From assembly GCA_002269645.1 (NCBI GenBank), contig NIVC01001407.1, forward strand, positions 231,109 through 295,108: a stretch of 64,000 nt of DNA, in the 5' to 3' direction. Below are positions 27,485 to 40,900 of the stretch, in pieces. The stretch comes from Macrostomum lignano. Lineage: Eukaryota. How positions within the stretch are numbered: position 1 is the first letter of the stretch; every line of letters begins with the position of its first letter. The position numbers were made by a program, and so were the translations under genes. A model generated the notes under the pieces. That model worked only from the letters and a program-made list of their open reading frames with translations. It was not told where the DNA came from and ran no database searches.

Positions 27485-28945
27485 ACAAACTGAAATCTTT
27501 TTATCAGCTTTTTTGTGGCTTAAAAAATTCTATTTTTTAGTTAAGGATATGGTTATTATTAGTGCTTGATATAGTAGGACTCTCTAATTGCTCGAGTAAC
27601 TTGTAGACTCTGTTCCTCCGTTAGCAGCAACTCGATTTCTCATTTTTCCAAGTGTTATTGTATAATAACGAGTAAAAGCCCATATAGAGCTTATCCTTAT
27701 ATTTTTATTGGGATTACAAATTTGTCATTTTTGTTGTTACTGTGTACAACGCGTGCTGTTGCTGCTTTTGTTGTGCTTTTCTTCCCTGCCTATAATATGG
27801 ACACCTGTTGTTCTTCAATAATCAAAACTGGCAGCATTTCCTGTGCTTTATAATAGGATTTACATGTTAGGATTACTAATTACCCTGCATGAATCATAAT
27901 CTGACTGCGTTAACTTCTGCTTGCTGGCCAAAACAATATTGATATAATTTATTATCCGCAATAGAGGCTAGAGCACAACCTGTACAGTTTACTCATGTAA
28001 TTACATGTATCAACAAATCGGAAGATTATAAAAAATATATATTATCGAACTTTGTGTAAAACCTGCGCACTTTACTAACGAGAAATTTTAATTGGATATT
28101 TTTTCTAATTTAATTAAAAAGTGATTTAGACAGGTGATTCTACTGGCTGTAGCAGGTGCAGGATTCTAAATTTACATTTAAAAAGTTGTAAATATTACAG
28201 GTGATTCTACAGACTCTACGTTTGCCTGTACAGGTGATTTTACAGACTGCCTACATTTACGTGTTCATAATACAAGTCCTTCTACAGACTGCCTAAATTT
28301 ACATGTACGAGTACATATTACAGGTCCTTCTACAGACTGTCTTCATGAGCACATTTATAAGTGATTGTACGAAGTCTAATATTACGTGTACATGAGAATC
28401 GTATTACAGGTAGTAGAGAATTGTATTACAGGTGATTCTGCAAACTATCTTTATGTACATACTTGTAAATTAGGTGCATACATGTACTTGTTAGGTAAGC
28501 AACCAAACTCTGATAGCTTGTACAATATAGAAAGCAGATGTTTCAATCACTTCGAGCCTACGTAAATGCATGCATGTACCTTACATCATTTTTGATTGCA
28601 AAGAAAAACGGACTGAAATTGAAAATATAATTTTACTATCCGCTCATATTGTAATGACTCGCAGTTGATTCAAGCGTAGCTTTCTGAAACTAACTATAAA
28701 TCCAATATGGTAAGATTATAGCATCATGTATTTAACATCAAGCTAAAACAATAACAATAAAGAAATTTAAAGAACTACCGGAAAATTATTTTTTAGCTAC
28801 TCGAGTTCATACTCTAGCCAGCAGTAGTAAGTATGGGACTAAATGACTATTATTTGCGTAACATCAGAAATTAATGAGTAAACAAATAAGATCGACTTGA
28901 AGTTAAGGGGAAATTCGTTAAAATTTACGTAACAAAACAGTTAGT

Positions 28946-30895
28946 TCACTTCTTAACCAGCAGAGGTCCAACATTGTCGCCAGTGGTAGCATTATGCTGA
29001 TTGTGCGATCCGTCGCAATATGGAAATTTCTTAGATCGCCAGCAGCGGCACATGGCTACTTTCTCGCCAATCTCGTCTGCGCTAATTGTGTCGGCCACTT
29101 TGCTGACATCTTTGCGCCAGCTGATATTAACTAGGGTGCCTTTGCCAACTGAGTTCGGCTTGCTGGCTTTGCGGTATTGGTCCAGCTTTAACTGGCAGGT
29201 GGTGTACACCGAGTACACAACGAAACCGGATGCTCCAGTGAACAGGGCCAGCGAGGCCAGCTCAGAAACTGCAAATGACAAGTAGAAAGGGGAGGCGGTA
29301 GGCGCACATTGTAATGCTACTGTTCATTCAGTGCAAAACAGTTTAACTAATTACAATTGATTAGTGCTAATATTGAGGAGCTTAATTAAGTTTAATAATG
29401 CTTAGATGTGGAAATGGGGCAGTGCTTCATTGGGTGGCACATTTTTGGATTGGCGCTTTTTAGAGTGGCGCCTTTTGGATTTGCGCGTCATTGGGTGGCG
29501 TCTTTTAAATTGGCGCTTTTAGAGTGGCGCCCGTTTGAGTTGGCGCTTTTTAGACTGGCATCTTGGATTGGCGCTTTTGAGGGTGGCGCCTTTTTGGATT
29601 GGCGCTTTTAGTGTGGCGCTTTTAAGGGTGGCGCCTTTTGGATTGGCGCGTCATTGATTGACATCTTTCAAATTGGCGCTTTTAGAGTGGCGCCCTTTTG
29701 AGTTGGCGCTTTCTAGATTGGCATCTTGGATTGGCGCTTCTTAGGGTGGCGCCTTTTAGGATTGGCGCGTCATTGGGTGGCGCCTTTTAGGATTGGCGCT
29801 TTTGAGGGTGGCGCCTTTTTGGATTGGCGCTTTTAGAGTGGCGCTTAAGGGTGGCGCCTTTTGGATTGGCGCGTCATTGAGTGACATCTTTTAAATTGGC
29901 GCTTTTAGAGTGGGGCCCTTTTGAGTTGGCGCTTTCTAGATTGGCATCTTAAATTGGTGCTTCTTAGGGTGGCGCCTTTTAGGATTGGCACTTTATTGGG
30001 CGGCGTCTTATTGGATTGGCGCTTCATTGGGTTGGGTAGCGCTTTTTGAGGCAGGGGGCTTTATGGGGTGGCACATTATGGGTTTAAACTTCAATAGTTG
30101 AAAATTTCTATGGTTTGACATTTACAACAACCATAATAATAAATTGATTGTATATAGGGTGAGTACTTCAAGGACGATGTTATATTTTAAAATTGCATAG
30201 CACATGCTAGAGCCTGTTAAAACTAGAATAGTAATAATTGGTCACTTTTAAGTATAACTAATAAGTTCAAATACTTCATTTAATTTATTTGGGCTAGAGA
30301 TTAGGGATAATCTATTTAGTAAAAGGTTAAACATTAGATAATATAACCTGGCAAGGACTTAGCCTTATTAATATTATTTTCACCAAATATTTTGACTCGA
30401 AAAATTTAATTTAATAAGATGTGTGAATATAGTTAAAATTAAACAAAAAACACACTAAAATTAAAAAAAATATATAGACAAAAACAAATGCCTATACTAT
30501 ATAGTCTATCGACTATCAATAATTAGTATTTTAGGTGATTCATTTTGAAGATACTGGTTAGTAAATGCTAGTAAAACCTTATATTAGGAAATATTAAATG
30601 TGCAAGTCAAATTATAACACTGTTAAGTACTGAAGCTGAGTGTAATTTATCATTTATGTAAATATATGGAGTAGAGACTGGACTAGACTCTAGTGTTGTT
30701 ACCTTTGCATTCATAAAACAAACGTATATTCAGATTGAAATGATTCTTTCCCAATTTTCATCCCAAAACTTTGTATATTTCTGTGTTATTTTACTTACCA
30801 GATAGTTTGAATATACCAAAGAAGCTGTCGGGAACAGGTACGCGCTGCAGTTTGTCAGGCAATATTTCTGTGACAATTCGACGATAAAAGTCCAT
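28946..30895 (-). CDS. CISD2: CDGSH iron-sulfur domain protein (NEET family, CISD2-like), 139 aa; exons 30895-30799 and 29268-28946
   Basis: Exon 1 reads MDFYRRIVTEILPDKLQRVPVPDSFFGIFKLS, resembling the CISD2 N-terminus. Phase-1 junction TCT G|gtaagt..tttgcag|TT TCT. It has a TM segment and the 2Fe-2S motif MCRCWRSKKFPYCDGSH followed by NVGPL. Confidence 0.9.
29410..30060. repeat. GGATTGGCGCTTTT/GGTGGCGCC-type minisatellite in the CISD2 intron
   Basis: Many imperfect copies of TTGGCGCTTTT/GTGGCGCC units. Confidence 0.85.
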
Positions 30896-33800
30896 TTTTA
30901 AGACGAGGTAAACACTGCCTAAACTAAATTAAGAGAATAACGGGTTCAATCTGAACAAAAAAGCAAAGCAAACTTCTCCAATAGAAGGGCAATAAAACAC
31001 GAAGAACACGACTGATTCGTTGTCAACCGGCCAGGAACATCTGCCAGAAATAAATTATGTACTCTTAAAATTGAAAGTATGAACCAAACTTGTAAATTGA
31101 TCGAAAAAACATGGTTTTAGCTTCCTGATTAGATGCAAATAAAACTAAAATAATAATCGGCGCCGATTACGAAAAAGACTTATCTATACTTGTTTTTTTT
31201 ATTGATTTGTTTGAACGCGCGTGAAGTTAAATTAAATTTCTTTCCGTATTACTTAAATTGTAAGTGCCGCGGGCACGCAGGTCTATGCGGAATAGATCTA
31301 TGCCGATGGGACCAAATTCCGATGTATCAAAAAGCTAAGAAAAATCTTTAGAAATTCTAGAAATAAATGAAGAAGCAATTGTGGTGCAAAATTAATTAAG
31401 ATGATTCATGATGGAGCTCTCTTGCCAAAAACCGATTTTACATGTACAGCTGCATGCTAGGTTTGATGTACGATGTACATGTGTCAACACTAGAACTACC
31501 AAAGGAACACTCCACTGGGATTTTTTGCAGCGCTGGAACGAAGCAATTAACGAAGGACACGAAATTCAAGAACACGGATCAACTTTTTAGCTGCGCGCAC
31601 TTTCTCTAACAATTTTATCAATAAAACACTAGATATAGTTCCTATGGGAAAATCCTCGGAAGGCATGGCGACCTATTCAGTATTACATATACCCCTATGC
31701 GCCAATAATCGGCACCACGTCTCAGTGCGGGCCCTTGCCAAGCCTCTGAATTTCATCAGCACGTCGACGACCACCGCTGTATGAGTCTGCATCAGCTCTG
31801 CACGAGTTTTTTTGACTTGGCCTAATCACCCCAGGCGCGGAACTTCGACTGGACCCTCAACAGACTGAACAAGTTAAGGTGACTATAAGACTGCACCCTG
31901 TTGCGAATTTCTCCTAGCTTCGCTGATCTAGACTAGGATATACATGTAGTGACTAACAAAGTCACAGCTGATGCAGACATGTTGGTCGCGACGTTCTGAT
32001 GAAATTTGGGAGGTTTCCCGATCAAAAAGAAGTCGTCTTAAGACATCTTATAATTGTCTTAAGATGGCTAAAGACACCTCAAGACAATTTCAAGATATCT
32101 TAAACATTGCTTCCACAAGCCATCCTGACGAAGTTGTCTTCAAGATGACTTAAAATTTACTTTTGTGAGACGTCTTGTGCAAGACATCTTTAAGATATCA
32201 CCTACAAGTCTAAAAAATTACATAAACTATGGTTTCTACTGTCAGTAGGAAGTCTCAGATACAAATTTCCCTGCAATTGGATCAAATTAAAGAAAAACGA
32301 AAAACAACAATTCTGATAGAATTCAATAAATTTTGCTGTATTGTATATTCTACGAAGGTATTTTTAATTTTTAAAGAATTCAATTATGTTTGTAGAGCAA
32401 AATATATACATATTTATTTTATCGTTATGAACCTCGAGTAGAATTACAAACAACAACACTGTAAATATAAAGCAATGTTTTGTTTTTTAAATAAAAAATA
32501 AATCCCTTTAAAAAGATAAAAGTATAGTATATATTTTTATAAGTGACTCATTTGTTAAAAACAGCAAAAATCAATATGGCGGAACAACATTTTTTTAAAA
32601 AGCCAAAGACAACGAAGCCCGAGCAATAGCTGACACTCGCGTATCAATATGTTTTCGTCCTATTCCATGGTGGTGTGATAGTTTTGACTTCGATTGCCTA
32701 TTTTGATTGTTCGAGTTACAGTTTTCTGGCCTTGATGTAGGCCTATGTTTTGGTTTAAGTTTTGGAATCTGAATTTATAGATAAGTGGCTTGGCCTTGAT
32801 TGACTTTATAAATTAGGCCAGCTAGGCGGTAGGCCTACTAGTACTAAGTCATGTCATGCGTTAGGCCTATTTTCTAGTATTGTTTCAAATTAACTTAACT
32901 AATTATAGATTTTAGCTAGACCTTTTTGGCTTTTGTTTAAATTTGTCTAATAGGGCCTACTATACTACTATAGTATAGTCTATATTATTGCATTATGGCA
33001 TAAGTTAAATAAATAGCTAGAGCAGTTAATCTGTTTGTGAATAATAAATGATGTAAGACTTTAGTTTAGTAATATTTATTTTAGCAAGATTAAGCAAGAA
33101 AATTTTAAATAGGCCTAGGCCTATATAAATTGGTTTTTGCTAATAAATTATTGTGCTATATAAAATTTAATGGGTAACCAAAAGCCATAAAGTATTTTTA
33201 TTAGAGGCAAGGTGGTTGTGTGCACCCTGGCACAATTTAAGCATCATTGGCACACAACCAGCGAGAGGCATTACTGCCCATTCTGCCGACTCCCCTGAGC
33301 AGGCATACAAGCGCGCGGATACGTTACGCAGGCACACAGTCACATAGGAGTGTACAGCGGCCCTAACTTTATCAATTGTTAGGCATGTACACTTCACTGC
33401 GCCTTGGGGGGTTGGCTCTCAAGGCTGTTAATTGCACAAGCAAGCCAAGCTAAAATTCCAATTCAGCCCCAAATTAATGTGGTTATACTTGGAATCAAAC
33501 CTGGGTTGCAGCATACCAGAGCAGCTGCACTACCACTGGTTATGCCCCCCCTTAACCAAAAGGTAAGGGGTGAATAAGTTATTATCTGGAACAATATACA
33601 TGTTTATTTATATTTTAACACTAGTTTTAATGTTAGTAAAACTGAGTGACCAAAGTTATTTTCATAGCTTTTATTTTGTTTCCAATATAATACTCTTAAT
33701 TTTTGTTACTTTTATTCTTAAGCCAAGTAAAAAGATAAAATGATTATTAATATGTTAAATTATATTTAAAAAACCAAGAATATTAAATTAAAGATATTGG

Positions 33801-34175
33801 CTATAGTAGAAAGCAAATAATATTTCCTTATTATGTTATGATCCTTTCCTATGCATTTTGAGCCTAAGACTTTAAGATACAGCTTTTTTATTGTGTGAGT
33901 GATTTTATAAATAAGGCATCTACTTTGGCAAAAATTCATATAATATGAAAAAAGAAATATCTTTCAAAATCTCATTTGTTTTTGGTTTATTTGTCTTTAG
34001 TATGTGATTATTTTTCTATACTATCTATTTTTTATTTAATTTAAATTAAATTTACTTATCACTAGCATCTATTTTAACTTATAACTTATTTTACACATTT
34101 TAAGTTGTTTTAACTTTAAAAATTAGTAAACTATAATATTTAATAAACTTATCTTTTTATGCCATAGCGTGACCA

Positions 34176-34854
34176 ATGCCATTTGTTGTTGTTCAGGCTA
34201 ACCTAGGCACTGAAAATTCTTGGGTTGAACCAATCCTAAGTATTTGGTTAGCAAGTGATCAATCAACAGCACAATTCCCACCAAATGATAAACAACTTCA
34301 TTTGGTCCAGTGCTGTCGTCGGTTTGGGACATTAGACAGCTTCAGTGCGTTCCGATTTGAAAGCTCTCTTGCCTCTACAACAAGCTCTCAGTTTTGTCAA
34401 TGTCCCACGCATTCGTTCCGTACCATCGCCGACGCCGGACTCGATTCACCTTCGTCAACTGCATTCAGACTGCCCTATTGCACACAATTCTAATGACGTC
34501 AAACAGTACCTCTCTATTCAGATTGGATCCAGGGTCCTCAGTGCAAACGGCAAAGATTGTTTTTTTAAGGCAGTAAATGGTAACCTGTATAAACTGTTGA
34601 ATGTTCTGGTGTCCCGTTCATCCAACTCCTGCGATTTTCAGACTGATTATGACCTAATCTCACTTTTTTGTGTACAGCTTCGTAATCTGGCTGACTTTTA
34701 CACGTTCCCTTTGAAGAGTTCCGCGCTTGGCATCTATCAATTTTTAGAGTGTTATGTGAACAATCCTGTCTCAATACCCGCTTCCCAATTTTGTGCTAAG
34801 TATCTAGCTACGCATGCCAGCCAGTCGGATCATTTTGTATTGTTCCCCCTGTAG
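34176..34854 (+). pseudogene. CACTA/EnSpm-like transposase C-terminal fragments (frameshifted)
   Basis: Two overlapping ORFs (34176-34493, 34345-34854) carry motifs resembling the HxxxxxxxFGPLDxFSAFxFE and DFYxxPxxSSxLGIY segments of animal CACTA-like transposases. Confidence 0.65.
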
Positions 34855-35412
34855 TATTGAAAATCGTAATTTTGCTGTGGTAATTTTGTACTTTCTATAA
34901 AAGCTAGGGTTCTGCTAAGCGTTTTTGAGCTGTTTTATGCACTATTAGTAGCTAAAATACTTAGCTACCGGAAAACCTCTTAGTACTATAGTTGGGACAA
35001 CAAAAGTCTTGTCAGTGCTATGGTCACCGCTCAGCTAGATCACGAGACGCGAGGTGGGATTCTCATAGATCATCTCATTCACTTTCATCGCCAACCGACC
35101 TATCACCATCGCCGAGCACTTCCCACGTTTTGTCATTGACGTCTTTCATCCAGCGCTGTATGGTTCTCAGGGTTAGAACAGCATCGCCCCAAGCGGCCAG
35201 ATCTTGGTGGACTCCGGTAGCTGAGTCACCGAGCCTTAGTTAAGTAGCAGCGTAAAATTGAAAATGCCTCTTGTCAGGCTCTATGCTTCGACTGCGCTTT
35301 TTCTTATTTGAACCTGACTCCAAGTGAGTTTTTCTCGTAGCAAGCCAATTTTTAGCAACCAGTTTGTCTATAGCATTTTTTGTTTAAGTGACAAATGATG
35401 AAATATTAGCTA

Positions 35413-36170
35413 CGAGGTGTGGCCAAAAAGTAATGAGAATTTAGCTACAAAAACTTTCAAAACAAAAAATGAAAATTCAGTCAACTGCAGCCTTCAAAGT
35501 AATTGCCGCCACTTTCAACACATCGCCTCAATTGCTAGTGCCAGCTCCTGATGCAGCCCTGGAAGTCCTCCTTCATGATGCCCCTCAGCACCCCTGTCAC
35601 ACTCTCCTTGATGGCATCCAAGTCTTCAAATCTGGATCCTTTGAGAACCTGCTTCACCTTGGGAAAGAGCCAGGAATCACACGGTGACATATCCGGTGAA
35701 TAAGGTGGATGGCGCAACTCTGCGACCAGTCTTTTGGCCAAAAACTGTCTCAATGTCCCGATGACCAATCGCAGCTGCTTCTGATCGTCAGTGAGGAACT
35801 TTGCCACCATCTTTGAGGCTCTCCCATCCATCCCCGGAATCGCTTGTGCCACTAATACACTCTTGTCTGAGACATAGCATCATCTCTATGTTAAAGCACA
35901 AAGCAGCTGGAGGCATTCCGATGGCTTCTTGCCGAGTTTCACCAAAAACTTGATGTTGATTAGTTGCTCATTGTTTATTTTGTGACACAACAGTGTGACA
36001 GCTATAATGAAAAATAATTAAAAAATTATGAAAACCAAAACATTTCGACACAATACTGCTTCCTATAAAAGCTGAGAAGCTGAGCTTCAAGAAGACATCG
36101 ATTAATTTTAGTAGAAGTTTGTATTTTCAGATTTAAGCAGCAATTCTCGTTACTTTTTGGCCACACCTCG
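35413..36170 (-). mobile_element. Internally deleted mariner element nested in the CACTA-like element
   Basis: TIRs CGAGGTGTGGCCAAAAAGTAA(T/C)GAGAATT flanked by TA on both sides. ORF 35535-35852 joins AKMVAKFLTDDQKQLR (the WVP region) directly to HPPYSPDMSPCD (YSPDLAP motif), so most of the catalytic core is missing. Confidence 0.9.
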
Positions 36171-37971
36171 TATTTTTGCGAGTTATAGCCATGGATAGCC
36201 TTCTTAGCTATAGCTTAAAGGACAATGTTTTACCATAGAAGTTGTATCTTCTACATATGGATTAAAAGAATCAATCTAAGTCAAGTGTTAAGTGTTGCCG
36301 TATTCTTTTTTCCTTTACTATAGAACAAACAGGGGTTTGGAGTAATTTCTTCTATGTATTGAGTAAGTTTACACTTGTATTCAGGTTTAGATGTTACGCA
36401 ATCATCACTTTTCTTACGAGTACCTTACTATGCGTTTAATTTTTTCTAGATTCCGTGCTTTATGCATTATACTTTCGTATTTTGTGCTAGGTATTTTTGC
36501 ACCTTTTTTAAAACGCGTATTTTACTTTTTTCTTATTTTACATTTTAACTGCTTCTGTAAACTTAAAACTGCATTTTAAAAATAAAAATACAAATGATAA
36601 ATTGCTGAACCACCATGTATAGAAGTGTAAATAGCTTTTCCTTAATATTAATGTTGCCTGAAACAAAACCAATAAAGGAATGTGGTTTTTTCGTTTTTTA
36701 TTTTAAAAAACTGAATTTCCATGGCAACAGAATTTCTTAAATGATCTTGGGCAAGACATCTTCTGTAAGTCATCTGGAAGATATCTTTAAGCAAATTTTA
36801 AGATGTCTTGAAGATATCTTAAGACATCTTTAAGTTATCTCTAAGTTGTCTACAAGTGTTGCAAGGAGACAATTTTTAGATCGAATTAAGTCAATTTTAA
36901 GACGTCTTGAAGACATCTTTCTGTCTTATGCAAGACATCTTTAAGACATAACTAAGCCAACTTTTTTTGATCGGGTTGGCAAGGCTGCACTGGGGGCTCG
37001 TACTGAGGCCGCGCAGTGCTGATTGGCGCACAGGGGTGTACTGAATACGCTAGCGCTTATGAAAAAAATCCGACCGACCTTCCATGGCAGAGTGGTCGAA
37101 TATCTGGACGGTCCGGAGGCCGGCGATCGACTTGATTCTTGTTAGAGTAAGTGTGCAACAAAAATTTAAAGCCCATGTTCTTGAATTTCGTGTGCCTGCG
37201 CGTTGCTCCGTTCCGGCGCAGCAAAAAAAGTAGGTGGGAGGGGATCGAATCCCTCCTCTCGACGGGGGCGAAAAAAACTTGGTATTCCTAATCTTAAGGG
37301 GCAACTTACAAATAACAAACACACGAAGCCGTTTAAAGTGTAAAAGCGCTTACAATAAAAAAATGAAATAACAGCAGAATGAAAGAATTCTCTGTGGTGT
37401 CAACTGTCAAACTTTTTATTTGTGTCTGTTTCTTTGCGATACACTGAAGAGGACACGAGACTCAAGAATTTCAAATAACAACATTGAGACTTTTTAAAAT
37501 ATTGAATAAATAGACAAATATTCCAACAATCTATACGCAATGGCATCGCGACACTAATTGTAGTTTGAATTTTGAACACCAAAATTAAAAACTTGTGGCT
37601 ATAGTCAGTAGCATAAAATTGAGATCAAATTGAGTTTACATAAAAACTTGCTTATTCATTAAAAAAGCAATTGCAGCTGTCCATCAATTCGAAGAGCTGG
37701 TGGAACGAAAATTAACACAACACGATTTCATTCATAAAAGTCTCATTGATGTATCGAGCTGAATTAATAAGAAAGATAAACGAGTTATTCAATTAAAAAT
37801 ATACCGATCTGATTCGAAAAACGGTACAAAGACTACATTAATTGCGGATGTTAATTAATTAGTTGCCGAAAATATGGTTACAATTCAACAATAAAAATCA
37901 GTATTAAAAATTGTAAAAAATCCAAACTCGCTTTCAGCAGGGAAATATTCTACAAAAAATTCATAATTAAG

Positions 37972-40900
37972 TTACTCATTGTCGGCGTCAGTGTCAAACA
38001 CCAATTGGGGAACTGGATTAATGGCGGTTGGTTTCTGAACTGGTTTTAGCCGGCTGGCTGCCGCCGTGAGCGTCTTCTTGGCCTTCAGAGTGGCCGCCTC
38101 TCGAATCATTCGCTGTCGACGCTGGATGGCCGCCTCCGCGCGGTTGATTTCGGCGACACGACGCTCGTGATCGGGGCAGACGCTGGCGATGTTGTGAAGC
38201 AGGTCGCGTCTGACCTCGGCTGAGTCCTCCGCCTTCGATAGCTGGGAGGTTAGTGAGGCGATTGATTAGGCGATTGATTAGGCGATTGATTAGGCGATTG
38301 ATTAGGCGATTGATTAGGCGATTGATTAGGCGATTGATTAGGCAATTAATTAGGCGATTGATTAGGCGATTGATTAGGCGATTGATTAGGCGATTGATTA
38401 GGCGATTGATTAGGCGATTGATTAGGCAATTGATTAGGCGATTGATTAGGCGATTGATAGGCGATTGATTAGGCGATTGATTAGGCGATTGATTAGGCGA
38501 TTGATTAGGCGATTGATTAGGCGATTGATTAGGCAATTGATTAGGCGATTGATTAGGCGATTGATTAGGCGATTGATTAGGCAATTAATTAGGCGATTGA
38601 TTAGGCAATTTATTAGGCATTGATTAGGCGATTGATTAGGCGATTGATTAGGCGATTGATTAGGCAATTGATTAGGCGATTGATTAGGCGATTGATTAGG
38701 CAATTGATTAGGCGATTGATTAGGCGATTCATTAGACTATTGGTTAGAAGATTAATTGGGCAATTGATAAGGAGATTCATTAGGCGGTTGATAAGCCAAT
38801 TGATTAGGCGATTGGTTAGAAGCTTAACTAGCCCATTGATTAGGCGATTGATTTGGCAAGCTATTAGACGATATTATTAGACAATTTATTAAGCAATTAA
38901 TTAGGCGATTTATCAGACGATTGGTTAGACAATTGATTAGTCAATCGATTAGACGATTGATTAGGCGATTGATTAGGCTATTGATTAGACGGATTGTGCG
39001 ATTGACTAGAGAATCTAATTAATGATCTAATTAATGATTAACTGGTGAATCTGCTAGAGACTAGAAGATTCAGAAGGAAACTGATTAGGCGATTGCTTGA
39101 TTAGAAAATGATACGACAAGAAGATCTAATTCGATGAACTATTAGTCAGTAAATTAGACAGTTAATTAGGCGATATATTAGGCGGTCGATTAGACTTCAG
39201 TAACAAATATTGTTTAACTGACTCTTATAATCTGAAATATTTAAAAGTTAAAATTAGTCAACCTGGCCTACAATATGTATAGTTCCCTAGAGACCAAAAT
39301 AATACTCTTTTCAAACTTTAAGCTTCAAGTTATTCTAGCTACTGCTGATAAAGTGCAAAACCCGGCCATGCAGAGACGCAAAAGAAAACAGCTCTTTCGC
39401 GGAAATCTCGACACACCCCAGTGTTTCTACCGACCTCGATCTTTTTGCGGGAAATTTCTGTCCAAAGCGGAAATGAAGTTGAAATGTCAGATTTTGAAAA
39501 TGAAGCGATGAGGTCCAGGTAGAGAGACTGGAGGGAGAGAGATGATGATAGAAGCTCCGCGGAAATGCAACTATGGAATATATGGATACAAAAAAGCACA
39601 TCTATGTGTATGCATCTCTATTTTATTATGTCAAAATAAATCAAAGCGCGTTTTGAATAAACACTGACGCAGTATTTTTTGCGTATCTGCGCGAGGTAAT
39701 CTTAGATGGGTGCCAGAAAAATACCTCTGAAGCAACAGAAAGGTGGCAGCAAAAGTGCAAGTGTGAAATTGTGACAGTCATAATTGAGTGCGGGTGACTG
39801 AAACCCTGTGCGTGACTGAGAGGGAGTGAGTGACTGAGAGAGAGTGAGTGACTGAGAGAGGGAGTGAGTGACTGAGAGAGAGAGTGAGTGACTGAGAGAG
39901 GGAGTGAGTGACTGAGAGAGAGAGAGTGAGTGACTGAGAGAGGGAGTGAGTGACTGAGAGAGGGAGTGAGTGACTGAGAGAGAGAGTGAGTGACTGAGAG
40001 AGAGAGTGAGTGACTGAGAGAGGGAGTGAGTGACTGAGAGAGAGAGTGAGTGACTGAGAGAGGGAGTGAGTGACTGAGAGAGAGAGAGAGAGTGACTGAG
40101 AGAGGGAGTGAGTGACTAATAGGGAGTGAGTGACTGAGAGAGAGTGAGTGACTGAGAGAGAGAGAGTGGGTGACTGGAGGGAGTGAGTGACTGAGAGGGA
40201 GTGAGTGACTGAGAGGGAGTGAGTGACTGAGAGGGAGTGAGTGACTGAGAGAGGGAGTGAGTGACTGAGAGGGAGTGAGTGACTGAGAGAGGGAGTGAGT
40301 GACTGAGAGGGAGTGAGTGACTGAGAGGGAGTGAGTGACAGAGAGAGAGTGAGTGACTGAGAGAGAGAGTGAGTGACTGAGAGGGAGTGAGTGACTGAAA
40401 GGGAGTGACTGACTGAGAGAGAGAGTGACTGAGAGGGAGAGTGAGTGACTGAGAGGGAGTGACTGACTGAGAGAGAGAGAGTGACTGAGAGAGAGAATGA
40501 GTGACTGAGAGAGAGAGTGAGTGACTGAGAGGGAGTGAGTGACTGAGAGGGAGCGAGTGACTGAGAGGGAGTGAGTGACTGAGAGGGAGAGAGTGACCAC
40601 GTCCACGAGTGATTGACAGAACAAGTCTTATTCATCTGTCCTGTCAGTAGCCAGTCTAATCTCTGACAGCATCCATCAATTTTTGTCCCCAAGCTAGCGG
40701 CAGTTATTCTCAGAGCTTAATTATCTTTTAGCTTACAAATTAGGCTTGTCAGCTGAAGCAAAAGTGATAAATTTAGGAACAAAACAGCTTTCTTAGTTAC
40801 TCAAATTGAGGGAGGTAGCGTTTTTTTAACGTATGGACAACTGAAAAATGATAGGTTTCTTGGCAGTTGAAAAATCCCGGGCCAGCCTCCCGGAGTGTCA

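Larger units (their letters stand above)
32017..36975 (+). mobile_element. Decayed CMC/CACTA(EnSpm)-like DNA transposon (~5 kb)
   Basis: Terminal inverted repeats CCCGATCAAAAA...TTTTTGATCGGG with possible 2-bp TT TSD. Many subterminal AAGAC(A/G)TCTT repeats occur at both ends. Internal transposase-like fragments: LHLVQCCRRFGTLDSFSAFRFES and DFYTFPLKSSALGIY...FVLFPL. Confidence 0.7.
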
